Origin: Spirochaetales bacterium
GTDB lineage: Bacteria; Spirochaetota; Spirochaetia; Treponematales; UBA12059
Assembly (NCBI GenBank): GCA_016928955.1
Contig: JAFGJV010000050.1
Location: 1-59,388 of the forward strand
Direction: 5' to 3'
Length of the DNA: 59,388 nt
Shown: piece by piece, positions 9,544-19,752 of the stretch
How positions within the stretch are numbered: position 1 is the stretch's first letter
How the letters are laid out: each line of letters starts with the position of its first letter
Translations under genes and position numbers: made by a program
Notes under the pieces: generated by a model
Told to the model about the DNA's origin: nothing
The model's input: the letters and a program-made list of their open reading frames with translations, nothing else
Databases searched by the model: none

Positions 9544-11094
9544 CTACTCCCACTCTATGGTGGCCGGCGGCTTGCTAGACACGTCGTACACCACCCGTCC
9601 GACCTGCTTGACCCTGTTGGTGATGGCGGCCGATATATCTCGCAGGTCCTTCATGTCAAAGTCGAACACGTCGGCGGTCATTCCGTCCGACGACGCGACG
9701 GCGCGCAGGGCCACGGTCCAGCCGTAGGTGCGCACGTCACCCGCCACGCCCACTGAGCGGACGGGCAAGAGCACGCAGAAAGCCTGCCAGATTTTGTCGT
9801 ACAGGCCCCGTTCCCGCAGCTGTTTGAGATACTCGTCATCCGCTTCTCTCAGTATGTCGCACTTATCGCGGGTTACCTCACCGAGTACGCGCACTCCAAG
9901 GCCCGGCCCCGGGAAGGGGTGGCGGCCGACCACGGAATCCGGCAAGCCCAGTTCCCGCCCGAGGGCGCGCACCTCGTCCTTGTACAGCCTGTCCAAGGGC
10001 TCGATGACGCGGCCCTCAGCGCGCTTGCGTTCCACCAAGGGCGATCGTACGTTGTGGTGGCTTTTTATGACATGGGCCTTGGAGCCCACGCCCTTGCCCG
10101 ACTCTATGAGGTCCGTGTACAGGGTGCCCTGGGCCAGGAAGTAGTCGCCCAGGCCAAGCTCCTCCACGGCCCGTTCCTGGACGGTGATGAACAGGTCGCC
10201 GATAATGGCGCGCTTGCGCTCGGGGTCGTCCACGCCGGACAGGGCGGACAGGAATTCGTCGCCCGAGTCTAAACGGCGGACGTTGGCGGCTCCGAGCGAC
10301 GACAGGGTGCGCATCACCTCGTCGCTTTCCCGCGCCCGCATGAGCCCCGTGTCTATGTACAGCAGGTGCACGCGCTCCGGCTTCAAGGCGCGGAGGAGCA
10401 AGGCCCCGGCCACCGTGGAGTCCACGCCGCCCGATATGAGGAGGAGCACGTCGGCGTCCCCGACGCGCTCTTTCAAGGCCGCCGACTCGTCCTCTATGTA
10501 GCGGGCCATGGACCATTCCGCGTCGCAGCCGCATATGCCCACGGCAAAGTTGGCCAGTAGCTCCGAGCCGTGCTCGCAGTGCGCCACTTCGGGATGGAAC
10601 TGCACGCCCCACAGTGGTAGGCTTTCGTGGGCTATGGCTGCCGGTATGCCGCCATCGGTGCGCGCCGTTACCACAAAACCGTTCGCCGGTTTTTCAATGC
10701 TGTCGCCATGGCTCATCCACGATGAGAAGCGCCGGGGCAAGCCCTCGAACAGGGGATCGTCCGACTCAACGAACACGTCGCGGCGGCCGTACTCGCGCTC
10801 CGGGAGGGCGGACACCAGGCCTCCGTGGTCCAGCGTCATGCGCTGGGCGCCGTAGCATATCCCGAGTACCGGCAGGCCGCAGTCGTACACGGCGCGGTCA
10901 GGGGCTGGGGCGCCGTCCTCATAGCAACTCCACGGCGAGCCGGACAGGATCACGCCCTTCATTCCCGGCACCCGGGCCCGGTCCAGGGGCAGGTCGCCTG
11001 GCCGTATTTCCGTATACACACTGCGCTCGCGGAGGCGCCTGGCTATGAGCTGGGTGTACTGGCTCCCGTAATCAAGGATCAGTATCGTATCCAC
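9544..11094 (-). CDS. guaA: GMP synthase (glutamine-hydrolysing)
   Basis: LGICYG, QFHPEV, SGGVDS, IKSHHNV, HPFPGPGL, KPPATIEWE. Confidence 0.96.
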   Translation of the reverse strand: MDTILILDYGSQYTQLIARRLRERSVYTEIRPGDLPLDRARVPGMKGVILSGSPWSCYEDGAPAPDRAVYDCGLPVLGICYGAQRMTLDHGGLVSALPEREYGRRDVFVESDDPLFEGLPRRFSSWMSHGDSIEKPANGFVVTARTDGGIPAAIAHESLPLWGVQFHPEVAHCEHGSELLANFAVGICGCDAEWSMARYIEDESAALKERVGDADVLLLISGGVDSTVAGALLLRALKPERVHLLYIDTGLMRARESDEVMRTLSSLGAANVRRLDSGDEFLSALSGVDDPERKRAIIGDLFITVQERAVEELGLGDYFLAQGTLYTDLIESGKGVGSKAHVIKSHHNVRSPLVERKRAEGRVIEPLDRLYKDEVRALGRELGLPDSVVGRHPFPGPGLGVRVLGEVTRDKCDILREADDEYLKQLRERGLYDKIWQAFCVLLPVRSVGVAGDVRTYGWTVALRAVASSDGMTADVFDFDMKDLRDISAAITNRVKQVGRVVYDVSSKPPATIEWE

Positions 11095-12308
11095 GGGCTC
11101 TTCCTCACGATGGTCTCCTGCCTGTCATAGCCCACGGACACGATGTCTATGGCCGTGCCGGTGAATTCCTCGATGAACGATATGTAGTCGGTGGCCTCTA
11201 TCGGAAGTTCGTCGTAGCGCCTGACGCCTGCCAGGCTTCTTTTCCAGCCGCGGAAACTCCTGAGGACCGGCTGGGCGCCGTCAAGGTCGCTCACCGACGC
11301 AGGGAAATGTTCGACCAACGTGCCGTTGACCTTGTAGGCAACGCAAGCCTCAAAGCTGTCCAGCGTGTCGTACACATCCAAGTGAGTGAGTATGAGCGAG
11401 TCTATGGAATTGGCCAGGCAGGCATAGCGCAGTGCCACCAGATCCAGGTAGCCGCAGCGCCGTGGCCGCCCCGTGGTCACGCCGTACTCGCGGCCGGTAT
11501 CGCGCACGAACTGGCAGAGGGCCGACTGGGAATTCTCGTCGAACTCCGTGGGAAAGGGCCCGTTGCCCACGCGCGTTGAATAGGCCTTGAACACGCCCAG
11601 GACCTTATCTATGGCCCGGGGTCCTATGCCTCCCTGGGCAGCCGCGCCGGCCGCGCTGGACATGCCGCTGGACACAAAGGGATAGGTGCCGGCGTCCAGG
11701 TCCAGGAGGGCGCCCTGGGCCCCTTCGAAAAGTATGTACGCGTTCCTGTGGTGGTCCAGGTAGTTGGTGAGGTCAACAGCCAGGGGAGAGAGGCGCTCGG
11801 CCCACTCGGACAGGAAGTCCATGTCGGCGGGCTCCAGGTTTGCCAGCCGAGCTGGATCGTTGATGTCGGCCAGCCTCACGCCGTCCCTGGACGCCTTCAT
11901 GGCGTAGGCCACGCCTATGCCGCGCCCGGTGGTTCCTATGGGCATCTTGCGCGACGCTTCCATCTCTTTGTCTACGTCCCGGTAGCGAGGCAGGACCACA
12001 TGGGCGCGGTCAGATATGAGCACACGCCCCTTCCAGTCTATGCCCCGGCTCTCCAGCATGGACAGCTCCGCGAACAGGGCTTCCGGATCTATGACCATGC
12101 CGGAACCGAGTACCACGGTCTTGTCCGGATACAGGACGCCGGACGGTATTAGGTGGAGCGCGAACTGCTCGCCGTTCCTCACGATGGTGTGGCCGGCGTT
12201 GGCGCCGCCGGAGAAGCGCACGATGATCTGCGCGTCCGCCGCAAGGTAGTCGACCATCTTCCCCTTGCCCTCGTCGCCCCATTGGGCTCCTATCAGCACA
12301 ACGTTCAT
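11079..12308 (-). CDS. purA: Adenylosuccinate synthetase
   Basis: QWGDEGKGK, GGANAGHT, GTTGRGIG, EYGVTTGRPRRCG. Confidence 0.96.
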   Translation of the reverse strand: MNVVLIGAQWGDEGKGKMVDYLAADAQIIVRFSGGANAGHTIVRNGEQFALHLIPSGVLYPDKTVVLGSGMVIDPEALFAELSMLESRGIDWKGRVLISDRAHVVLPRYRDVDKEMEASRKMPIGTTGRGIGVAYAMKASRDGVRLADINDPARLANLEPADMDFLSEWAERLSPLAVDLTNYLDHHRNAYILFEGAQGALLDLDAGTYPFVSSGMSSAAGAAAQGGIGPRAIDKVLGVFKAYSTRVGNGPFPTEFDENSQSALCQFVRDTGREYGVTTGRPRRCGYLDLVALRYACLANSIDSLILTHLDVYDTLDSFEACVAYKVNGTLVEHFPASVSDLDGAQPVLRSFRGWKRSLAGVRRYDELPIEATDYISFIEEFTGTAIDIVSVGYDRQETIVRKSPWIRY

Positions 12309-12383
12309 CCGCTGCTCCTTGCTTGCCGTGCTCGCTCTACGCCGTCAGTAAAAAAGCCTCCAAGGCGGTCGTCCCGCGGCCGC

Positions 12384-13823
12384 TCAGCGCCGCGAGTAGT
12401 TGGGCGCCTCTTGTGTGATGGCCACATCATGCGCGTGGCTTTCCCGGAAGCCTGCGTCCGTGATCCTCACAAAGCGGCGGTAGGCGCGCAGGGCCGCCAT
12501 GTCCCTGCAACCCGTGTAGCCCATTCCCTTGCGCAGCCCGGCCACCAGTTGGTGCAGGTAGGCCTTGAGCTCGCCCTTGTACGGAACCCGTCCCTCGATA
12601 CCTTCTGGCACCGGGCTTTCGTCCTTGCTCAGCTGGTAGCGGTCCCCGGAGCCGGACGCAATGGCACCGAGCGAGCCCATGCCCCGGTATTCCTTGTATA
12701 TGCGTCCGTCGTACAGGATTTCCCTTCCGGGCGCCTCCTTGAGGCCGGCGAACAGGTTGCCTATCATAACGGTCGACGCTCCCGCGCCTATGGCTTTGAC
12801 TATGTCTCCGGAATACTTGACGCCGCCGTCCGCTATCACGGGTACGCCCGCCTTGTCCGCCTCTTCCGCGCATTCCAGCACGGCGCTGAATTGCGCCACG
12901 CCTATTCCCGCGACCACCCGCGTGGTGCATATCGATCCCGGCCCTATGCCTACCTTGACCGCGTCCGCCCCGGCTTCGACCAGCCGCCTCGTGCCGTCGG
13001 CCGTGGCAACGTTCCCGCCTATCACCGTCATGCCGTAGCGTTTCTTGATGTCTCGGACGGCGTCCAGCACCCCGCGCGTATCCCCGTGGGCAGTGTCCAG
13101 CACCACGAAATCGCAGCGCGCCTCAACGAGCAATGGCACGCGCACGTCAAAGTCCTGGGGCGACACGGCCGCGCCTACTATCAGCCTTCCTGAGCGGTCG
13201 GTGGCGGCGTGCGGATACAGCTCGTGCTTTTCCATGTCCTTCACGGTGATAAGGCCCTGCAGTTTTCCGCCTGAGTCAACCACGGGCAGTTTCTCGATGC
13301 GGTGCTCGTCGAACTTGGCCCGCGCGCTCTCGGGCGTGGCGTCCGGGGTCTCCGTAACCACCGTGCTGGTCATGGCGTCCCGCACTGACGCGTTTTCGTC
13401 GCGGCGGAAGCGGAGGTCGCGGCTGGTGATGATACCCACCAGGCGGCCGCCCGAATCCACCACGGGCAGACCCGATACGCCGTGCCTTCCCATGATGGCC
13501 AGCACGTCGCGCACGGTGCGGTCGGCGTCCACGGTCACCGGCGCCTCTATGATCCAGTTGAGGTAGCGTTTGACGTTGACCACATGCGCCGCCTGCTCGG
13601 CGGGCGACAGGTTGCGGTGTATGACGCCCGCGCCGCCCTGGAGGGCCAGGGCTATGGCCAGACGGTCCTCGGTGACCGTGTCCATGGCGGCGCTCACGAT
13701 GGGCACGTTTAAGCGTATGTCTCCGGCCAGGCGCGTGCGCACGTCTGCGTCCCGGGGCAGGAAATCAGCGTAGCCGGGCAGCAGAAGGACGTCGTCATAG
13801 GACAGGGACTCGGGTATCGTCAT
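12384..13823 (-). CDS. guaB: IMP dehydrogenase with CBS domains
   Basis: SAAMDTVTE, catalytic [17 protein letters not shown], flap RY. Confidence 0.95.
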   Translation of the reverse strand: MTIPESLSYDDVLLLPGYADFLPRDADVRTRLAGDIRLNVPIVSAAMDTVTEDRLAIALALQGGAGVIHRNLSPAEQAAHVVNVKRYLNWIIEAPVTVDADRTVRDVLAIMGRHGVSGLPVVDSGGRLVGIITSRDLRFRRDENASVRDAMTSTVVTETPDATPESARAKFDEHRIEKLPVVDSGGKLQGLITVKDMEKHELYPHAATDRSGRLIVGAAVSPQDFDVRVPLLVEARCDFVVLDTAHGDTRGVLDAVRDIKKRYGMTVIGGNVATADGTRRLVEAGADAVKVGIGPGSICTTRVVAGIGVAQFSAVLECAEEADKAGVPVIADGGVKYSGDIVKAIGAGASTVMIGNLFAGLKEAPGREILYDGRIYKEYRGMGSLGAIASGSGDRYQLSKDESPVPEGIEGRVPYKGELKAYLHQLVAGLRKGMGYTGCRDMAALRAYRRFVRITDAGFRESHAHDVAITQEAPNYSRR

Positions 13824-13861
13824 CGCTCACCTCCATATTCGCACCCAATCAGCGGCGGACA

Positions 13862-15289
13862 TTAGGGTGTTCCAGCCAGGCGCTGGGCCACCGGCCTGTA
13901 CGCCGCGGCTATGGCCCGGGCCTTGTCCGCCGACCGGCCGCGGTAGCGCTCGGGCGCCGAGAAGAACTCCTGTGGCTTTTCCCAGCCCAGGCCCCGCAGG
14001 GCTCGATAGACCAGGTCCCGCGCGTCCGGCTCCCGTGCAAGGGCGTCTCCAAAGGACAGGCCGTCTCGCTCAGCCGTCAGGGTAAGCCGCCTGACCACCT
14101 CATGGGCGTCGGCTCGGCCGCTTTCTGCCAACAGGATATAGGCGGGCTCGGCAAGGACGCCTCCGCCTGACGAGCGCACATTGGCGAGCATGCGGGCTCG
14201 ATCCACGCCCAGGCCGGCCAGCACATCGAGCATCCGTTTGACCGCCGCCGAGAATCCGGCCAGGTACTCGACCACAAAGCGCCCGCTGGCCGAGTTGGTC
14301 AGGTCTCGCTGGTGCTCTGAAATCTGGTCCATGAAAAAGGTCATGACGCGGGGGGCAAAGGCCTTCCAGAGGCTCTTGACGTGCTCGGCGTTCCAGGGGT
14401 TGCGCTTCTGGGGCATGGTGGACGAGCCCACCTGTCCGGCCCCAAAGCCTTCCCGAACCTCCCCTATTTCAGAACGCTGGAGGTTACGCAGGTCGTCAGC
14501 CAAATTGGCCACCACGCCAAAGGCTATGTTGATGGACGTGAGTAGCCGCAACAGGTATTCCGGCTCCACAAGCTGGGTGGAATGCTCGCTGGGCTCAAGG
14601 CCAAGGTAGGCCAGGTAGCGGCGCTCGGCGTCCTCTGGATCCTTGTAACTCATGGACAGGGCGTTGTACGAGCCTGTTGCACCCGCCAGTTTGCCCCTAA
14701 GATCGCGGGCCCGTGCTTCCATGTCCGGCAGGCAGGCTCCAAAGCGGGCGGCGTATTCCGCTACGGCAAAGCCAAAGGTTATGGGCACTGCGTGCTGGCC
14801 GTGCGTCCTGCCTACCTGGGGCGTGTCGGCCTCTCGCTCAGCCAGCTCGCAGAGGGCCAGCTCGAGCTGTGCGCACAGCGGCAGGATGACGTCCAGGACG
14901 GCGTCGCGCACCCTGGCAGACTGGGCAGTGTCCAGGATGTCCACGCTGGTGGCGCCCATGTGGACAAGTGGCGCCAGGTCCGCCGGCAATTTTTTCTGCA
15001 GGACATTGACCAAGGCGCGGATATTGTGCCTGGTCGTTTCCTCTTCGGCGTACACCTCTGCCGGGTCCACGCCCATTGCCGCGTCGTCCAGGATCTTGAA
15101 TAGTTCTGGTGTGGCCGTGCCGCGCAGGTCCAGGTGGGCTTTTACCAGGGCTACCTCAGCCCGGGCATAGTACCTGATGGCGGCGTCCTCCGACAGATAG
15201 TCGGCTAGGCGGTCGAACAGGGCCTCGTTGGCCACCCAGTAACGGTGGTCCAGGGGCGACAGGTTGTGGAAGATGTCTCGGGGGTGCAT
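13862..15289 (-). CDS. purB: Adenylosuccinate lyase
   Basis: GRTHGQHA and GSSTMPQKRNP fumarase-family signature; purine gene context. Confidence 0.9.
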   Translation of the reverse strand: MHPRDIFHNLSPLDHRYWVANEALFDRLADYLSEDAAIRYYARAEVALVKAHLDLRGTATPELFKILDDAAMGVDPAEVYAEEETTRHNIRALVNVLQKKLPADLAPLVHMGATSVDILDTAQSARVRDAVLDVILPLCAQLELALCELAEREADTPQVGRTHGQHAVPITFGFAVAEYAARFGACLPDMEARARDLRGKLAGATGSYNALSMSYKDPEDAERRYLAYLGLEPSEHSTQLVEPEYLLRLLTSINIAFGVVANLADDLRNLQRSEIGEVREGFGAGQVGSSTMPQKRNPWNAEHVKSLWKAFAPRVMTFFMDQISEHQRDLTNSASGRFVVEYLAGFSAAVKRMLDVLAGLGVDRARMLANVRSSGGGVLAEPAYILLAESGRADAHEVVRRLTLTAERDGLSFGDALAREPDARDLVYRALRGLGWEKPQEFFSAPERYRGRSADKARAIAAAYRPVAQRLAGTP

Positions 15290-15382
15290 ATCCGGTTATA
15301 CACCGGGGCCCCGGCCGGCCGCAAGGCCCGGAACCGGGAAAAACCGGTTCACGCGCGTTTTTTTTGCGGCCGCGCGCGGTCC

Positions 15383-16270
15383 TTACCCCAGGTCAGTCCT
15401 CACCTCTTCGGGCGGGCGTTCGAGGCTTTCGGGGTTCTTGAAGAGGTCCAGCATATAGCGAAAGGCGCTGGCGTAATAGTGGCCGTCGCATATCCTCTCG
15501 TCGCCCACGAATTTCATGGATATGAAAGTCCGGTTGACAGGACTGCCATCCGCGTCCGGTTCCCGGTGCCGCTCCTTGCCGCCAAAGGCCACAAAGAGGG
15601 ATATGGTCCCGAAGTCGTATATGTGGTGGTAGATCGGCTTGATGCCCAGGGAACCAAGGTCTGTCACAAAGGCGCTGGCGTGGAAAGGACTAGCGTCGAT
15701 CAGCGGAGCGGGCATGATGCCTAGGTAGTCCAGGCACCGCAGCAGCCACACGGCAAAGCGGAGCATGAAGCCGGGCAGTATGTTGAATATGCCGGCGGCC
15801 TTGTCTGCCTCGTTGCGGGCGCTTTCATCCTTGCTGGCGCCGACCACCTCGTTGATGTGGTCGGCCACGTCAAAGATCGTGTCCTCTGGCCTGAAGCGCA
15901 GCTTGACCGTGGTTTCCATGCTGTCCTCGTCCAGCTTCTTCTTGATGGCCAGCGATACGGACAGCCCGTTACGCGCGTAGATTTTCTGTCCGGCTATGAA
16001 GCGGTTGAGCCTGGGCTTTTGCGACAACGTGCGCACGATGGCCGCCACAAAAAGGTGCAGAAATCCTATGTCGGGGCGGCCCTGGTCGCGCAGGCGCCTG
16101 AGCCAGGCGCTGGACACCCCTATGTCTATCCTGTCCTCAAAATACACGTGGGCGTCCGCCCTGGTACGCATGACGTAGGGCATGATCTTGAAAAAGGGGT
16201 CCAGGTCCCGGACCCTGCGTCCGTCGTATCGGTCGCCGAACCTGCGCGCGGCTTTTCGCTCTTCTTTCAT
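15383..16270 (-). CDS. Stand-alone 2-oxoacid dehydrogenase E2 catalytic-domain / CAT-like acyltransferase homologue
   Basis: P-x-LNRF, TDLGSLGI and C-terminal DERICDG (cf. DHRxxDG); no lipoyl domain. Confidence 0.7.
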   Translation of the reverse strand: MKEERKAARRFGDRYDGRRVRDLDPFFKIMPYVMRTRADAHVYFEDRIDIGVSSAWLRRLRDQGRPDIGFLHLFVAAIVRTLSQKPRLNRFIAGQKIYARNGLSVSLAIKKKLDEDSMETTVKLRFRPEDTIFDVADHINEVVGASKDESARNEADKAAGIFNILPGFMLRFAVWLLRCLDYLGIMPAPLIDASPFHASAFVTDLGSLGIKPIYHHIYDFGTISLFVAFGGKERHREPDADGSPVNRTFISMKFVGDERICDGHYYASAFRYMLDLFKNPESLERPPEEVRTDLG

Positions 16271-16329
16271 GTCGTCCTCAGGTAGTTGGTTGTTGCGTGC
16301 CGGTCGCGGACTGGCCTCCGGCCTTCACC

Positions 16330-17265
16330 CTACCCCGGCGTACCCGCGCGGTCAAGCGGAAGAGGGTTCCGGTTGGGATTCCTTCCGAGCGTGTTCGTGG
16401 CCCACACGCCCGCCAGGATCATCACCCCGCCGAGCGCGTCCGTCCACAGGAGGCTTTCGTTCCGGAACATGACGCCGGCCACCACGGACACCAGCGTTGT
16501 CAGGTTGGCGAATACCGCCGCCTCAGGCGACTTGAGCTTGGACAGATTGTAATTGACCAGGAAAAAGGCGACCACACTGGACAGGATGCCTAGGTAGGCT
16601 ATCCCGGCCAAGGCGCTGGGGCCCAGCCGCGACGCCAGTGAGGGACCGTCGGCACCGATCGATCTGACGGCGTACAGACCGCCAAAAAACAGGGCGCCCG
16701 CCCACATCATGAAGAAGGTGGTTTCCGCCGCGCTGAAGCGCCGTGAACCGGACCGGGAAGCTATGTTGAAACCGGCCGCGCACAGGACCGCCCCGACTAT
16801 CAGCATGATGCCCAGGGGCGAGCCGCCCACGTTGCCGCGCGCCCTGAACACGACCACAAGCAGCACGCCGCCGAACGACAGAAGGGACGAGAGCACCTGT
16901 ACAGGCCGCAGGCGTTCCTTGAGCAGGACGGCGGCCAGGGCAGCCACCGCGATGGGTATGCTGGACAGGATGATTCCCGCCGTGGACGATTCCACGTGCC
17001 GCAGGCCTTCCGTCTCGAGGATAAAATACAGGACGGGCTGGAGTATGGCCGTCAGCACAAGCGGCCCAAGCTTTTTGCCCTTGAAATCCAGGCGCACCAC
17101 TCCCAGCACGGCTAGCACGCTCATGAGCAGGGCCGCCGTCAGGAAACGGAAGAACAGCAATTCGTGCGACTTCAAGCTGTCCAGGGCGTTTTTGGTGAAC
17201 AGGAAGGAGAACCCGAATATTGCGCTTGCTCCGAAGCCGGCCAGGTAGTTGCGTGCGCGAGCCAT
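16330..17265 (-). CDS. EamA/DMT family transporter
   Basis: About 10 hydrophobic segments in two repeats; IFGFSFLFTK start. Confidence 0.85.
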   Translation of the reverse strand: MARARNYLAGFGASAIFGFSFLFTKNALDSLKSHELLFFRFLTAALLMSVLAVLGVVRLDFKGKKLGPLVLTAILQPVLYFILETEGLRHVESSTAGIILSSIPIAVAALAAVLLKERLRPVQVLSSLLSFGGVLLVVVFRARGNVGGSPLGIMLIVGAVLCAAGFNIASRSGSRRFSAAETTFFMMWAGALFFGGLYAVRSIGADGPSLASRLGPSALAGIAYLGILSSVVAFFLVNYNLSKLKSPEAAVFANLTTLVSVVAGVMFRNESLLWTDALGGVMILAGVWATNTLGRNPNRNPLPLDRAGTPG

Positions 17266-17283
17266 GGCGGCATTGTACACGCT

Positions 17284-19752
17284 CTAGTCGTCCCGCGCCA
17301 GCACCTGGAAACTGCGCCTGGCCTGCATGCCAGCGTCGTCCACCACGATCAAGGTATGGATACCCGGCTCGGGCCGTGCCGGCATCTTGTGCTCGCCAAC
17401 GGTTGAACCAAGGTAGTCGCCGTCCAGGTGCCAGTACAGGCGGGCCCCCGCGTCCCGGTGCACGGCCGTGAACACGGTTTGTCCCGGGCTTCCGTCCAGT
17501 TCCACGGGCACGTATATCGACGAGTCGCGCGCCGGCGCCAGGAACTCGATGGCCAGCTCGGACAGGTCTTCACAACCTTCCGCCCAGGGGGGCAGACGTC
17601 GGTATGTAAGGTTCGAGCGTTCGTAATACCACTCCATGGCCGGCGGCAGGACAAAGCGCTTGACCGACAGCATGCCTTCAGGGCCAGCACACTCGGCGTT
17701 CACCCGCCATGCCCCGTCCGCGCTCAGGTGGACAAGCTGGCAATACGGGCATGCTGCGTCCACCTTGGCCCGCCTTGGAACCAGTTCCGCGTCTAGTTCG
17801 GCGCAGTCAGGTCCGGCCACGTAGCCAGAGTGGGAGCACACGCTGATGGTGACCAGGTCGTCTGGGCGCGGGAACCAGGCTGAGCGCGGCAGGGTACCAA
17901 AAATGTCAAAGAGCAGGGGAGCCGCCGACTGGGTACCTTTGAGCCCGGGGCGTCCCTCTCCGCTGGCGTTTCCGGCCCATACGGCCACCACGTAATCCCT
18001 GGTCACGCCTATGGCCCACGCGTCGCGGAAACCGAAACTGGTGCCCGTCTTCCAGGCCACCTTGAGGCTGGACGCGTATTCCTGCCAGGATGCCTCGTCG
18101 GCCGGGCGGGTCACGTCTGTCAGGGCTCCCAAGGTCAGCCAGGCCGCTCCCTGGGAAATGGGCGACGCTTGCCCCCCAGCCGCTCGAGCGCCGCCGGCGG
18201 TCCAGGATAGGCCGACCAGGCCAGGTTCCATACCGGCCGCCGAACGGGCCAGGCAGAGATAGGCTCCGGCCGCGTCGTACAGAGTCGCCTCAGCTCCGCC
18301 CAGTATGAGCGTGAGCCCGTAATCTGCCGGCGCCCTGGTCAGCGTGGAAAAGCCCAGGCGCTCGAGCAGGGACGCAAAGCGTTCCACGCCATAGGACCTG
18401 AGCAACCGAACAAAGGGCACGTTGAGGGAGCGGGCCAGGGCCATGTCTGCGCGCACGGCGCCTGCATAGGTTTTCAGGTTGTTTTCCGGACTGTACGAAC
18501 CCACGCGCGTTGGTATGTCCGGTATCAGGCGCCCGGGCGAGAGCTCGCCCGTATCAAGCATGGCGGCGTACAGGAAGGGCTTCAGAATGGAACCCGACGA
18601 GCGCGGGGCGCGCACGCAGTCCACCTGCCAGGCCCCCTCGTCGCCGGCCGACTCGACGTTGCCTACCCAGGCCACTATTGCCCCGTCGTTTACCCTGGCC
18701 ACAACGGCTGCCACGTTGGCCACGCCATAATCCGCCAGCCGCTTTGCCTGGCGTTCCGCCAAAGCCTCGACCTTGGCCTGCACGTTGGCGTCCAGGCTGG
18801 TGTCCGTCCTGCCGGGCCCCGCAGACGCCGCCAGGTGGTACGCGGCGCGGGGCATGGGCATCGGCTCTCCCGGCAGGGCTTCAGCCGTGGCCAGGTACAG
18901 ATCGCCATCCGTCAAAACGCCCGTGTCCGCCAGGCGGCCCAACAACGCGTCCCTGTGCTCCCTGAGAGCGTCCCTGGACCTGCCGGGGTGCACAAGCCCG
19001 GGACTGTTTGGCAAAATGGCCAGGGTTGCCGCTTCCGCCCAGGTCAGGTCGACGGGAGCCCGCCCGAACCAGCGGAAGCCCGCCGCCTCCAGCCCGACCA
19101 CGTTGGCGCCGTAGGGCGCGCGCGAGGCGTACATGCCCAGTATGTCTGACTTGGTATGGAACAGTTCCAGGCGGACGGACGCCCACAGCTCGACCAGCTT
19201 GGCCCCCATGGTGCGGGGACCGGCAGGCCGCGACAGCCTGGCCGTCTGCATGGTCAGTGTGGACCCCCCGGACACGATACTGCGCGACCGCAGGTTGGAC
19301 AGGGCCGCCCGCGCTATGGCCAGGGGGTCAAACCCCGCATGGCCCAGAAAACGCTCGTCCTCGTATACCATGAGGACCTGCGTGTAGCGCTTGGGAAGAT
19401 CGTTGCCCTGGGGCTCAAAACGCCACTGTCCGTCCGCGGCCACCGCGGCGCCGAGGAGCCCTCCCCGAGCGTCGTATACGGCCGCCGCGTACGGCGGATC
19501 GTAGCCATGCACGGGGTCCAAGGCTACCAAGGCGACGCCGAACGCCAGGGAGCCCGCAAGGGGCACCCAGGCGCCGGTATCCGCGCACCAGCGCGCGGCC
19601 GCCGCAAGACCGGACTGGGCCTTGCGAACGGCCGCCAAAGCCCTGCCGAGCAAGCGCCGGCCAGGCTCAGGAAGGCGACCGCGGACCAGCCTGTCCACGC
19701 GTTTCCAAAAACCAGCCGGCGGCCCCGAGCCGGCGCCGCCGGTCCTGCTCAC
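17284..19752 (-). CDS. pbpC: Penicillin-binding protein 1C
   Basis: Transglycosylase EDERF and GGSTLTMQ; transpeptidase SILK, SLN, KTGT; C-terminal BiPBP-like domain; GTGA overlap with the A2M gene. Confidence 0.92.
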   Translation of the reverse strand: MSRTGGAGSGPPAGFWKRVDRLVRGRLPEPGRRLLGRALAAVRKAQSGLAAAARWCADTGAWVPLAGSLAFGVALVALDPVHGYDPPYAAAVYDARGGLLGAAVAADGQWRFEPQGNDLPKRYTQVLMVYEDERFLGHAGFDPLAIARAALSNLRSRSIVSGGSTLTMQTARLSRPAGPRTMGAKLVELWASVRLELFHTKSDILGMYASRAPYGANVVGLEAAGFRWFGRAPVDLTWAEAATLAILPNSPGLVHPGRSRDALREHRDALLGRLADTGVLTDGDLYLATAEALPGEPMPMPRAAYHLAASAGPGRTDTSLDANVQAKVEALAERQAKRLADYGVANVAAVVARVNDGAIVAWVGNVESAGDEGAWQVDCVRAPRSSGSILKPFLYAAMLDTGELSPGRLIPDIPTRVGSYSPENNLKTYAGAVRADMALARSLNVPFVRLLRSYGVERFASLLERLGFSTLTRAPADYGLTLILGGAEATLYDAAGAYLCLARSAAGMEPGLVGLSWTAGGARAAGGQASPISQGAAWLTLGALTDVTRPADEASWQEYASSLKVAWKTGTSFGFRDAWAIGVTRDYVVAVWAGNASGEGRPGLKGTQSAAPLLFDIFGTLPRSAWFPRPDDLVTISVCSHSGYVAGPDCAELDAELVPRRAKVDAACPYCQLVHLSADGAWRVNAECAGPEGMLSVKRFVLPPAMEWYYERSNLTYRRLPPWAEGCEDLSELAIEFLAPARDSSIYVPVELDGSPGQTVFTAVHRDAGARLYWHLDGDYLGSTVGEHKMPARPEPGIHTLIVVDDAGMQARRSFQVLARDD

